DNA of 64,000 nucleotides from Patescibacteria group bacterium (GTDB taxonomy: Bacteria > Patescibacteriota > WWE3 > UBA101185 > UBA10185), in assembly GCA_016926555.1 (NCBI GenBank), contig JAFGOI010000008.1, positions 12,821-76,820 on the forward strand. The letters are read 5' to 3'. Under the pieces are notes generated by a model, which was given only the letters and a program-made list of their open reading frames with translations, had not been told where the DNA came from and ran no database searches. Shown piece after piece: positions 9,545 through 19,551 of the stretch. Position numbers and translations under genes: made by a program. Within the stretch, counting starts at the first letter, position 1; each line of letters begins with the position of its first letter.

Positions 9545-9841
9545 ATGCCGGGAAATCATTCGAAAAATAAGGGGCGTCGTTTTGAGCAGGAATTAGTGAA
9601 TCTCTTTAAAGAAAAAGGCCATGATGCCCAAAGAATAAGTATGCTTGAAACAGGCAGAATATTAAAAGGGGATGTTGAAGTAGAAAAACTAGGGCAGGTA
9701 GAAGTGAAAGGCGGGTCACAGGTACCGGTTTTTCTTTACAAGGCAAGGAAAAAGGAAGAACATTGTCTCATTGTACGAAGGGATCGTGAGAAGTGGGTCA
9801 TATGTATGGATCTTGAAGAGTTTATCGAAAAATTCATGTAA
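9545..9841 (+). CDS. Hjc/phage-type Holliday junction resolvase-like PD-(D/E)XK nuclease
   Basis: Motif order KGRRFEQEL ... GDV ... QVEVK in a 98-aa protein. Confidence 0.7.
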   Translation: MPGNHSKNKGRRFEQELVNLFKEKGHDAQRISMLETGRILKGDVEVEKLGQVEVKGGSQVPVFLYKARKKEEHCLIVRRDREKWVICMDLEEFIEKFM

Positions 9842-9891
9842 TTATCTTTAACTAGCTTAAAATAAATTTTATCTTAATGTATACTTTTATT

Positions 9892-11094
9892 ATGCAATTT
9901 CCTGCTGATTTTTTATGGGGAACAGCAACTTCTGCATATCAAACAGAAGGTTACAACACCAATTCTGACTGGTGGTACTGGGAAAAGGGAAAATATCCAA
10001 AGTCAAAAAGAAAAGCGTTCATTGGCGAAACATCAGGTATGGCTTGTGATTCTTACAACAGATATGAAGAGGACTTTAATTTCGCAAAAAATATGAACAA
10101 CAACGCGATTAGGTTTTCTATTGAGTGGGCAAGAATTGAACCAAGAAAAGGTGAGTGGGACCAAACGGAAGTAGAGCACTATAAAAAGGTAATTAAAGCA
10201 GCAAAAGAACGCGGTTTAAAAACATTTGTTACATTACACCACTTTACAAAACCTATCTGGTTTTCAAAATTGGGAGGTTGGCTAAATCCATTCGCGCCTA
10301 AATGGTTCGCAAATTACGCGAAAAAATGCGCGGAGGAATACAGCGACTACATAGATTTTTTTATAACTCTTAACGAACCCCAAGTATATTCGTTGCAAGC
10401 ATATTGGAGAGCTACATGGACACCAAAAATCAAATGTAAATTATTCGCGCTAATATCTCAATTAACTCAAATTAAAGCTCATAAGAAAGCTTACACGGCA
10501 ATAAAATTTGTAGATAACTCAGCAAAGGTTGGTTTGTCTAAACATATAGTCAGATACGAGAGGGTCACAAATGACAGAGGAAAAGCGAGTATATGCACTA
10601 AACTAGTATGTAAAGTACTACATTATTTGACGACAAACTTCTTTTTAGATCCGATAAAAAAACACTTGGATTTCATAGGACTCAATTACTATTTCACTGC
10701 GTGGATGAAAAACTTCAAGGAAAAAAATCCCGAAATGGAATCAAGTGACCTGGGGTGGATACTTTACCCTGAGGGCCTAAAACATATTTTACTAAATCTA
10801 AAAAAATATAACTTGCCAATATACATAACTGAACATGGCCTGGCGGATGCTTGGGATCAAAAAAGACAATGGTATATCAATGAATCACTTAAATTTGTTT
10901 ATGAAGCAATGGAAAGCGGTGTTGATGTAAGAGGTTATTTACATTGGTCACTTATCGACAATTTCGAATGGCACATAGGATTTTGGCCTAAATTCGGATT
11001 AATTGAAATAGACAGAGAGCATAATCTCACAAGAAAACCAAGACCGTCATTCTATATGTACAGTCAAATATGCCGGACTGGAAAAGTAGAATAG
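9892..11094 (+). CDS. Glycoside hydrolase family 1 (beta-glucosidase-like)
   Basis: Motifs FLWGTATSAYQTEG, RFSIEWARI, TLNEP (acid/base), ITEHG (nucleophile) and WSLIDNFEW. Confidence 0.93.
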   Translation: MQFPADFLWGTATSAYQTEGYNTNSDWWYWEKGKYPKSKRKAFIGETSGMACDSYNRYEEDFNFAKNMNNNAIRFSIEWARIEPRKGEWDQTEVEHYKKVIKAAKERGLKTFVTLHHFTKPIWFSKLGGWLNPFAPKWFANYAKKCAEEYSDYIDFFITLNEPQVYSLQAYWRATWTPKIKCKLFALISQLTQIKAHKKAYTAIKFVDNSAKVGLSKHIVRYERVTNDRGKASICTKLVCKVLHYLTTNFFLDPIKKHLDFIGLNYYFTAWMKNFKEKNPEMESSDLGWILYPEGLKHILLNLKKYNLPIYITEHGLADAWDQKRQWYINESLKFVYEAMESGVDVRGYLHWSLIDNFEWHIGFWPKFGLIEIDREHNLTRKPRPSFYMYSQICRTGKVE

Positions 11095-11107
11095 AGGAAC
11101 TCAAAAA

Positions 11108-12175
11108 GTGAAAAACTTTATTTCAAGAGAACTAAGAAATGCAAAATACTTCCTGGCAAAACTTTTAGGTATAAGAATAATCCGCGTAATCCTAGTTTTA
11201 ATCTTTATAGCCATGATAACTCCACTAATTGTGTTTTTCTTCCTCAGACCCAAGCCGCATCCTAATATTGAGTACGGCATCACTTTTAGTAATAAATATG
11301 CTTCGGAACTGGGTTTAGACTGGAAGGACACTTATTTGGGGATTTTGGATAATCTTAAAGTAAAAAATCTGCGATTGGTTGCGTATTGGGATGAGATTGA
11401 AGAAATTCAAGGTAATTTTGATTATTCGATAATCAAATGGCAGCTTGATGAAGCTGAAAAAAGGAATTTAAATGTGATTCTCACTGTAGGTAGAAAAGTG
11501 CCCAGATTCCCCGAATGCTTCGAACCAAACTGGTGGAAAGAAATACAAGATGAAGATACAAGAGATCAGAAATTATACAAATACATCGAACAAAGTATAA
11601 ATGAGCTAAAAAACTACAAGTCAATAAAGATGTGGCAAATAGAAAACGAACCATTTTTTCCCTTTGGTGAGTGCTTAAAAATAAGAAAAGAAACTGTTAT
11701 GAAAGAAGTCGAAATCACCAAGTCATTAGATAGCAGACCTATACTTATTCAAGACAGCGGAGAAGGCGGGTTTTGGTTCCCCAGTTACCAAATGGCCGAC
11801 TATCTTGCTATATCTATGTATAGAAAGATCTGGTATGACTTCTGGGGAGCATTTCTAGGAAACTTTATATATTTCAAATACCCTTTGGCGCACTGGTCGT
11901 ACAAAATAAAAGCCGATTTTGTCGGCGTACCCTTTCAAAAAATAATCGTAACAGAATTACAAGCGGAACCGTGGGGGCCCGGAATCAATTCAAAGCTTAC
12001 TGAAGATGAAAAAAATCATACTATGTCCAGAAACGATTTCTTAGCCACAATTTCATACGCTCAAAAGGCCGGTTTTAAGTATCTATATATGTGGGGAGTA
12101 GAGTGGTGGTACTGGGAAAAGGAACAAAATAATAATCCTTTCTACTGGGATACGGTAAAGTCTCTGATAAACTAA
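11108..12175 (+). CDS. Membrane-anchored clan GH-A glycoside hydrolase-like protein (GH5/GH42-like)
   Basis: N-terminal TM segment; WQIENEP and TELQAEPW candidate catalytic glutamates; LYMWG. Confidence 0.7.
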   Translation: MKNFISRELRNAKYFLAKLLGIRIIRVILVLIFIAMITPLIVFFFLRPKPHPNIEYGITFSNKYASELGLDWKDTYLGILDNLKVKNLRLVAYWDEIEEIQGNFDYSIIKWQLDEAEKRNLNVILTVGRKVPRFPECFEPNWWKEIQDEDTRDQKLYKYIEQSINELKNYKSIKMWQIENEPFFPFGECLKIRKETVMKEVEITKSLDSRPILIQDSGEGGFWFPSYQMADYLAISMYRKIWYDFWGAFLGNFIYFKYPLAHWSYKIKADFVGVPFQKIIVTELQAEPWGPGINSKLTEDEKNHTMSRNDFLATISYAQKAGFKYLYMWGVEWWYWEKEQNNNPFYWDTVKSLIN

Positions 12176-13011
12176 CCGGACTTTGATCTTTTTATCAAAG
12201 ACAAGGCGCCATATAAACCCGCGTCATCTCCAAATTTGGATTTCACAATAGGGGGAATCTTTACGAATTCAGTTTTTTTAAGATTTTCCATCAGGTGAGG
12301 ATAAAAATTATCGAATTGGTTGTAACCAAGCCCCCCGCCTAATATAACAATATCAGGACTCCACATATTAATTACATTGTGTATACCGATCGCTAAATAC
12401 GACGCGTATTCTTCCCAGAGGTTTATATCCTCACATTTTTCCGAATCAACACCGTAATTATCTTCAAAAAAATATCCGGAAGCGTAAACTTCAAAATCAC
12501 CTTTTATACCTGAATTCGTATTTAGCTTTCCATCTTTTACTATAATATGATGTCCGGGTTCAAAGCATCCCGAATTATCTATCTTTTTATCAATGATTCT
12601 CGCACCGCCTATTCCCGTGCTAATTGTTAAATAAGTAACCACACTATAATTTTTTCCCGCTCCATTTTGCGCTTCAGCCAAACCCGCCACAGTGGCATCA
12701 TTTTCGACAAAAATTCTGGAAAGATCATATTTATTGTCAAAAAGTTCAGTGAATTTTTTACCGTCAAGAGAAGAATAATTCGGCATTTTTACAAATTTTT
12801 TGGAACTTTTATTTATCATTCCGTGTATTCCCATTCCTATAAAACTCACCTCAAGATTATTAGACACATCCTTTATAGCCTCATTTAGAAAACTTTTCTG
12901 TTCTTCTAAATTCATGGATGTTCTAAATTTTCTTATGTTATTAAATGAATTTAAATCTAATGAAGACGCAACTCTTGTATTTGTATTGCCAAAATCTATA
13001 GAAATGTACAT
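12172..13011 (-). CDS. ROK family sugar kinase (glucokinase-like)
   Basis: Motifs IDFGNT, VENDATVAGLAE, TISTGIGG, EPGHH, ILGGGL and DAGLYGA. Start moved to ATG 13011. Confidence 0.9.
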   Translation of the reverse strand: MYISIDFGNTNTRVASSLDLNSFNNIRKFRTSMNLEEQKSFLNEAIKDVSNNLEVSFIGMGIHGMINKSSKKFVKMPNYSSLDGKKFTELFDNKYDLSRIFVENDATVAGLAEAQNGAGKNYSVVTYLTISTGIGGARIIDKKIDNSGCFEPGHHIIVKDGKLNTNSGIKGDFEVYASGYFFEDNYGVDSEKCEDINLWEEYASYLAIGIHNVINMWSPDIVILGGGLGYNQFDNFYPHLMENLKKTEFVKIPPIVKSKFGDDAGLYGALSLIKRSKSG

Positions 13012-13097
13012 CGGCACAAAAATAATACAATTAAAAGTGCGAAAATACAAAATTTTTCATTATGGAAGTAAACTCAATTAAAATGTATCATGTTTTT

Positions 13098-13709
13098 ATG
13101 AAACTTAAATCCAAAAGGGCATTCGCGGAATTGGCGGAAGTCTTGAAAAATCCCGAAGAGGGCGGACCGGAAATTGCGTACTGGGTTTTTGAAGATATAT
13201 CAAGCAGCAAATGGAAGAATCTCACATTAATAACCCCGGGAAGATATGGAGACGAGTACCCAAAAACTTACGGGCACTACCACACATCAGAACAAATGTT
13301 TGAATCCAGCAAGTTAATAAGCGGAGAGGGAATATTTCTGTTACAAAAAAAGTTTTACGATAGAAACGGAAACTGGATACAGAATCGCGTAGAATCGGTA
13401 TATTTCATTCAAGCCATGCCCGGTGATGAAATGGTGTATATCCCAAGAGAATTTGCTCATTCCTGGTCAAATGTAGGCAATTTGCCATTAATAACCTACG
13501 ATGACTGGATAGAAACAGGTCAACCGACTCATACATACGCTGAAATTAGAAATCTAAAAGGAATGGCGTATTATTTAGTGGAAAATCCAAATGGACAAAT
13601 AGATTACGTATCAAATTTAAATTATATAGATAATCCGGAACCAAAGTGGGTTACTCCGGAGGAATTCAACTACCTGACCCAGAATAAATACCATGAAAAA
13701 AAACAATAA
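13098..13709 (+). CDS. Cupin-type (archaeal-type) glucose-6-phosphate isomerase family protein
   Basis: Motifs PGRYGDEYPKTYGHYH, GEGIFLLQ, YIPREFAHSWSNVG and KGMAYY. Confidence 0.8.
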   Translation: MKLKSKRAFAELAEVLKNPEEGGPEIAYWVFEDISSSKWKNLTLITPGRYGDEYPKTYGHYHTSEQMFESSKLISGEGIFLLQKKFYDRNGNWIQNRVESVYFIQAMPGDEMVYIPREFAHSWSNVGNLPLITYDDWIETGQPTHTYAEIRNLKGMAYYLVENPNGQIDYVSNLNYIDNPEPKWVTPEEFNYLTQNKYHEKKQ

Positions 13710-14421
13710 ACTTTTTTTTCTATTGTTACTTCCCGTAATAATTGTTCTTGTCGTGCTTTTAATTAACAACAATGAAGTAAATACTGTACCTATTGAAAGC
13801 AGTATCCAAAGACAGGCACAAATCTTAGAAGATAATGTACAAAGTGAATCTTCAGAGTCGGTTGCACCTGAAGACAATAAAGGAGAAACTAACATGCCAG
13901 AAGAAGATAATAAAACACCTGATGAAAAGGACACAAAGACTCGGGAAAAGGTTTATGTCGTGTTAAATACATCCGCGGGCCCAATAAAATTGGAACTTAA
14001 CGCAGATGAAACGCCAAAGACCGTAGAAAATTTCATTACTCTTTCAAGAAAAGGCTTTTACAACGGAACAATTTTCCACAGAGTTATTGAAGACTTTATG
14101 ATACAGGGGGGAGATCCAAAAGGAGATGGCACCGGCGGGCCGGGTTATACAATCGAGGACGAGACATTTACTGGTGACTATACAAGGGGAACACTCGCGA
14201 TGGCTAGAACATCCGCGCCAAACAGCGCGGGCAGCCAGTTTTTTATAATGCACAAAGATTATACACTGCCTAAGCAGTACGTGATATTCGGCAAGGTTAT
14301 TGAGGGTATTGAAGTTGTGGATCAAATAGCTACAGCTCCTGTTGAACGAAGTTTAAACGGCGAGATGAGCAAACCCATTAATCCCGTGACAATCGATAGT
14401 ATCGAAGTAATACAGAGCTAA
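13693..14421 (+). CDS. Cyclophilin-type peptidyl-prolyl isomerase with N-terminal membrane anchor
   Basis: Motifs FYNGTIFHRVIEDFMIQGGDP, LAMAR, SAGSQFFI and YVIFGKV. Confidence 0.95.
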   Translation: MKKNNKLFFLLLLPVIIVLVVLLINNNEVNTVPIESSIQRQAQILEDNVQSESSESVAPEDNKGETNMPEEDNKTPDEKDTKTREKVYVVLNTSAGPIKLELNADETPKTVENFITLSRKGFYNGTIFHRVIEDFMIQGGDPKGDGTGGPGYTIEDETFTGDYTRGTLAMARTSAPNSAGSQFFIMHKDYTLPKQYVIFGKVIEGIEVVDQIATAPVERSLNGEMSKPINPVTIDSIEVIQS

Positions 14422-16256
14422 TTTAGAAATCTACCAAAAGGCGTGTCAGACTCTTTTTCTTCAGGTACTGTCGGTATCGGTGTCGTACTGACATCTTCAG
14501 GCACTTCTACACTTAGAGGACTATACATTGACCAATCTATTTCCTCAATCCCATAACCTTTAAGAAGTTCATTGGCTTCGGCTTCGCTATAATATTCCTC
14601 ACTTTCCTCGGATTTATCGTCGATAACAGTCATCAATATCGGTTTTAAGGGGTCATCGCTAAGAGGATCATACCCGTATATTACCACTACTTCCTCATTT
14701 GGTACTTTCGTAAAACCTATATACTCATCCGGAGGAACTGATGAATACTCCTCAAGGTCTGCATAAGTCTCTGGCGGTGTATTGTTCTCAATCCATTTCA
14801 AAAGAATAGAGATTTTCACATTATAGTGATCCATCATAAATTGCTGATGCTTAGCCTGTGACCCCATATCTAGCAGATACCCCATACCAAAAGCCGACAA
14901 CAAGTCTTCTACCCAAGATTCAATGTCAACGTATTCTTCCGGCGCAACTATTCCGAAATTACTTCCAAAATCAGAAAACTTAATTACAAATGTCAGGTCT
15001 ACTGGCTCTGTAGTTGTACTATCTCCTAGGACCATCGGTAACACTTCGGACCCGCCCATACTTGAAGTAGATTTACTTAAAGCTTCACCATCAAGTCTTA
15101 CTATTATGCTTGTCTTTCTCATGTAATAATCTTTTTTATCCACCCACAAATTAATCGATAAACTTTCTACGACATCGACATCATCTAAATCAAAATCGTA
15201 AGTACTAAAATCAGTGCCATTTAGAGAGTCTCTTTTTTCAGATTCACTCATTTCATCGTACACTTGTTGTAGTTCTTCACCCAGTTTTCTGTAAAGATCT
15301 TTAATTTCCTCTCCCTCCATACGCACGCTCAACTTATATGTTTTAAAACCGTCTACTTCTTCAGTAGTTTGTGTAAACTTAGGTACGATTTCGTCACGCA
15401 CAAACTCTCTAAAAACCGTTATTTCCGGCTTTTCGGGCGTTTCTTCAGTTTCTTTAAACTCATCCAAGGTATCTCTTGCTTCCGATTCAAAGGGAGATAT
15501 ATCCTGCTGTACCCATACACCGAGCAGATCATCAAATGCCTCTCCGCTAGTCACACCAAAAAAAGACTTTATTAGTGTAGGTAGAGTATTAACCTTGAAA
15601 TAAAGAAAGTTATCCAATACCCGCAATTCCATATCTAACTGGTTAGTAACATTAATGTTTAATGACATTTTCATATTCTCTTCATCTCGTAAATCTATCG
15701 GTCCTTTTACGCTCATATCGAAATCTGTCATTCCTATGACATCTTGTAATCCAGCAGCTGATGTAGCAAAAGAGGCATCTAGATACACAGATTTCAGATT
15801 CTTATGTGCTTCGGCCATAGACTTAAAGATATATGACTTAGTTTTAGGCAAAAATGGCACTTTCATTACAATATCTGTTATTGCGTTTTTGACTTCTTCG
15901 TTTTTCATTGGGATTATTTCATACGCAATTAACGCCAATACCGTTCCCACAGTTAGAATAAAAAATATTACCACAAATAACATCACACCAAGAACAGATA
16001 TAGTTTTCCTGCCTTTATCATCTTTTTGGGTAGGTAATGGATCTAATGGAGATGGTATCTGGACCTTCGGCTCTTGGGAAACCTCCTGCGGGCTCTCTTT
16101 TTTTTCTACTTCGCCTTTTCCCGGAGTAGTTTGTTCGACTCGCTCTTCTTGCGGAGATGCACTGGGTACAGCACTTTTTATGTTATCATCTAACGGTTTC
16201 TGCACTGGAACTTGTTTACTATTTTGTATATTATTTTGGGCAGAAGTTTCATCCAT
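14418..16256 (-). CDS. Hypothetical single-TM protein with a large acidic extracellular region (LppX/LolA-like beta fold possible)
   Basis: Pro/Gln-rich N-terminus, one TM segment, LWVDKKDYYMRK and FSDFGSNFGIVAPEE segments. Confidence 0.7.
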   Translation of the reverse strand: MDETSAQNNIQNSKQVPVQKPLDDNIKSAVPSASPQEERVEQTTPGKGEVEKKESPQEVSQEPKVQIPSPLDPLPTQKDDKGRKTISVLGVMLFVVIFFILTVGTVLALIAYEIIPMKNEEVKNAITDIVMKVPFLPKTKSYIFKSMAEAHKNLKSVYLDASFATSAAGLQDVIGMTDFDMSVKGPIDLRDEENMKMSLNINVTNQLDMELRVLDNFLYFKVNTLPTLIKSFFGVTSGEAFDDLLGVWVQQDISPFESEARDTLDEFKETEETPEKPEITVFREFVRDEIVPKFTQTTEEVDGFKTYKLSVRMEGEEIKDLYRKLGEELQQVYDEMSESEKRDSLNGTDFSTYDFDLDDVDVVESLSINLWVDKKDYYMRKTSIIVRLDGEALSKSTSSMGGSEVLPMVLGDSTTTEPVDLTFVIKFSDFGSNFGIVAPEEYVDIESWVEDLLSAFGMGYLLDMGSQAKHQQFMMDHYNVKISILLKWIENNTPPETYADLEEYSSVPPDEYIGFTKVPNEEVVVIYGYDPLSDDPLKPILMTVIDDKSEESEEYYSEAEANELLKGYGIEEIDWSMYSPLSVEVPEDVSTTPIPTVPEEKESDTPFGRFLN

Positions 16257-16300
16257 ACATTAATGATACCAAAAAAAAATTTTGTTGTATTATATATATT

Positions 16301-17005
16301 ATGAAAAAGAAACACTTAATTCTAATAATACTATTAATCTTGCCCCTGTTTGTCACAGCCTGTAAGAAAAATCAAACCACACAAGAAGTAGAAGATACTA
16401 CTCCCAAAGCAAGTGATACAACGGAAACTACTTCAGGAAAAATTAAAGGATCTATCTTGGATCTTTTGAGTGTGGGCAAAAACTACAAATGCACATATTC
16501 AAAGACAGATGAAAACTTTTCTTTCGAGGGAGTAAGTTATATAGCGGGAGATAAAGTAAGAAGCGACACAAAAATGACATTAATAGCAGAAAATGAGGAT
16601 GAGGATAATGAAGAAATGGAATTTGAATCCCATTCCCTAGTAAAAAACAAGGTCGCGTACACTTGGGGATCCATGATGGAAAAGGGTGTGAAAATTGACC
16701 TAAACGAAATCGAAGACAAAACAGATCAGGAATTACCAGATACCCCAAATGGTGAAGCCGTTAAAAACATGCGGGAGGAATTTGAGTATGATTGTAATCC
16801 TTGGGTTGTCGACAATTCAAAGTTTGATGTCCCAACAGACGTTGAATTTGTAGATATGAATGAAATGCTAGACACAATGACGGAAGTCAATGAGGACATG
16901 CAGGAAGGTATGGAAACCATGAAAGAGGCAGCCTGTAAGGCGTGCAACTCTCTTCCTGATGCCGCTGCAAAAGCGGATTGCCTAGCAGATCTTGAGTGTA
17001 ACTAA
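16301..17005 (+). CDS. Putative lipoprotein
   Basis: MKKK, hydrophobic stretch and lipobox VTAC; C-terminal Cys cluster. Start moved to ATG 16301. Confidence 0.8.
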   Translation: MKKKHLILIILLILPLFVTACKKNQTTQEVEDTTPKASDTTETTSGKIKGSILDLLSVGKNYKCTYSKTDENFSFEGVSYIAGDKVRSDTKMTLIAENEDEDNEEMEFESHSLVKNKVAYTWGSMMEKGVKIDLNEIEDKTDQELPDTPNGEAVKNMREEFEYDCNPWVVDNSKFDVPTDVEFVDMNEMLDTMTEVNEDMQEGMETMKEAACKACNSLPDAAAKADCLADLECN

Positions 17006-17046
17006 CTGATTGAGGTAATTTTAGAAAAAAGTACAAAATTTATATG

Positions 17047-18759
17047 CTATAGGACCTTTTGCATATAAAGACCGTTTTCTTTGTAACCTATATTTCTGTA
17101 GTATTCTTTTGTGCCAACTGCGGATATAATTGATATTCTACTAAAGCCGTGTTTTCTGGATATTTTTTCAGCCTTTTCAATAAGATTCCTTCCCAACCCC
17201 ATATGCTGAGCTACAGCATTTTCCTCAGAGCCTATTCTTATACTTCTGCCGTAAATATGTACTTCTCTAATTATCGCCGAATTATCTAGTTCCGACATGA
17301 ATGGCTTCTTATGCGGTAGAGACAAACGAAGGAAGCCTAATATAATATCACTCTCGCAGATATACTCTATAAAATACTCCGTAGACACATCAGTTTTGTA
17401 TTCTGTGATCTTAAAACTCGATTTTCTTACATTTACGTCCTTGTTTCTTATTTCTCTAAACCTTATCTCTTTTGGCTTCTTATTTTCCCTAAGGAGTTCT
17501 TTTTCCACAATCTGTCTAAAATTTGTTTTCTTGTTTCCAGCAACTATATCGTCTGACGAGATGTCACGCACAACCCGAGTTATCCTGCAATACCGCGGTG
17601 TCGCCATTATTACACTTTTCAAAACCTTAAGAAGTTCTTGTTCAGAATAAGGCTTCCACTTACCTTTTTTGTAATAATCCATGAGTTTTGTCCCATTTAT
17701 AAGCGAGCAGGGATATATTTTTAATTCATCAGGTTTTAGACACTTGTCACTAAATAGTTTTTTAAAGTCTTTAATATCTTTTTCCACATTGGAGCCTAAT
17801 AAGTTAGGCATCCAGTGGGCGTGTATTTTGAAACCTGCCTGTCTGATTAATGAGAACGCTGCCTTTGTTTGTTCTGAAGTATGTCCTCTTTTATTAAGCT
17901 TTAAAATTTCGTCATCCAAACTTTGTACTCCAACTTGAATTTTTGTACCTCCCAGTCTTCTTATTCTTTTCAACTCTTCTTCTGTGACAAAATCTGGTCT
18001 TGTCTCTACAACTAGACCTACACACCGCGTTTTTGATTTTTCGTTTATTTTCTGCGATTTTGACAATTCTTCCCATATGGACCTCTCCTTTTCATTTCTT
18101 TTCAATATTTTTGAAATCTTGCTACTATAATCACTTGTTGCTCCCTCTTCTACCTCTTCTTCGTTATAGGGCATTTCAACATCGACCTCTTTTTTATCTG
18201 AAATAATATCTGGGTTAAAATCATTCATAGCATCGAAACATCTTTTTACGAACCATATTTGATATTCTTCCGGATACACCGTCCATGTCCCGCCTAAGAT
18301 TATCAACTCAACTTTATCCGTAGGATGGCCGATATCATTGTAAGTAACGAGACGGTTGTATGTTTGGAGATACGGATCGAATTTGTTCGCTTCAGCCCTT
18401 TGAGCGCCAGGTTCATCCCTCAGATAGCTTTTGGGCATACTCAAATCACCCGGGCAATAAATACATTCACCCGGGCACGGGTAGGGTTTTGTCAAAACAG
18501 TAACAGGAGTAACGCCAGATATAGTTCGAGTTTTCTTTAAACGTAGTACTTTTAATAATTTTTTCTCTTCGGATTCCGTTAAATTCAACTTGTTCACAGA
18601 TTTCAATTTTCTATATTCTGATAGCACTTTACTCTTCTTAAACACTCTCTTTGTTTCAGAAGTGTATTTCAAAAATATTTTGTGGACAGATTTCTCTGTT
18701 ACTTCGACTAAATCAAGAATCTCTAATATTATTTTCTGTATACTCTCGCGATTTTTCAC
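17047..18759 (-). CDS. elp3: Elp3-family radical SAM/GNAT tRNA U34 carboxymethyltransferase
   Basis: Motifs RTISGV, CPGECIYCPG, PKSY...EPGAQRA, GGTW, ETRPD, PDELKIYP, REVHIYG, QHMGLG and ISAVGTKEYY. Likely GTG start at 18759. Confidence 0.93.
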   Translation of the reverse strand: MKNRESIQKIILEILDLVEVTEKSVHKIFLKYTSETKRVFKKSKVLSEYRKLKSVNKLNLTESEEKKLLKVLRLKKTRTISGVTPVTVLTKPYPCPGECIYCPGDLSMPKSYLRDEPGAQRAEANKFDPYLQTYNRLVTYNDIGHPTDKVELIILGGTWTVYPEEYQIWFVKRCFDAMNDFNPDIISDKKEVDVEMPYNEEEVEEGATSDYSSKISKILKRNEKERSIWEELSKSQKINEKSKTRCVGLVVETRPDFVTEEELKRIRRLGGTKIQVGVQSLDDEILKLNKRGHTSEQTKAAFSLIRQAGFKIHAHWMPNLLGSNVEKDIKDFKKLFSDKCLKPDELKIYPCSLINGTKLMDYYKKGKWKPYSEQELLKVLKSVIMATPRYCRITRVVRDISSDDIVAGNKKTNFRQIVEKELLRENKKPKEIRFREIRNKDVNVRKSSFKITEYKTDVSTEYFIEYICESDIILGFLRLSLPHKKPFMSELDNSAIIREVHIYGRSIRIGSEENAVAQHMGLGRNLIEKAEKISRKHGFSRISIISAVGTKEYYRNIGYKENGLYMQKVL

Positions 18760-18797
18760 AGGGGAATTATAAATTAAATATGTAATATAATCACATT

Positions 18798-19544
18798 GTG
18801 AAACCGGAAACATTTAGGAAAATAATCGAACTTAACAAGGATTTCTATAATGAAATCGGACAGTCATTTTCTTCAAAAAGACAATATCCCTGGGAAGGCT
18901 GGGGTAGGGTAGTAGTACACATAAAAACACTACTTGATGAAAAAGATACTATAAAGGTATTAGACTTAGGATGCGGCAACGGAAGATTTTATGACTACTT
19001 AGCCAGTAACTTGACGACCAACAAATTTGAGTACACAGGCTGCGATATTTCTGAACCTTTATTGAGTATATCAAAAAGCAAATATCCAAATACTGAGTTT
19101 CTGCAACTTGATATAATTTCTGATCTAGAAAAAATACACGAAAAATACGATGTTGTTGCCTGTTTTGGAATCACTCACCACATTCCATCCTTCGAATTTC
19201 GAAAAAAATGGTTTGAGAAATTATCTAAACTAGTCGAATCAAAGGGATTACTAATCCTTACATTTTGGGAGTTTAACAATGACAAAAGATTTTCCAAATC
19301 TAGCCGGAACATAACATCAGGTTCAGTAAAAATTGGCGAAAACGATATTGAAGAAGGAGACTACTTTTTAGGGTGGGATAAAAAGAATAACGCCTTTAGA
19401 TATGTTCATATTTACAGCGAAGAGGAATATAAACTATTAGACAGCCTTCTTATACGAGAAAAATTACATTTTGAGGATACCTATAGATCGGACGGCAAAT
19501 CTGACTTATTAAATCTTTACAAGATATATAAAAAAATCACATAA
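18798..19544 (+). CDS. Class I SAM methyltransferase, Trm9/ALKBH8-like
   Basis: Motifs FYNEIGQSFSSKRQYPW, LDLGCGNGR, THHIPS, LILTFW and FRYVHIY. Confidence 0.8.
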   Translation: MKPETFRKIIELNKDFYNEIGQSFSSKRQYPWEGWGRVVVHIKTLLDEKDTIKVLDLGCGNGRFYDYLASNLTTNKFEYTGCDISEPLLSISKSKYPNTEFLQLDIISDLEKIHEKYDVVACFGITHHIPSFEFRKKWFEKLSKLVESKGLLILTFWEFNNDKRFSKSSRNITSGSVKIGENDIEEGDYFLGWDKKNNAFRYVHIYSEEEYKLLDSLLIREKLHFEDTYRSDGKSDLLNLYKIYKKIT

Positions 19545-19551
19545 TTTCTTC

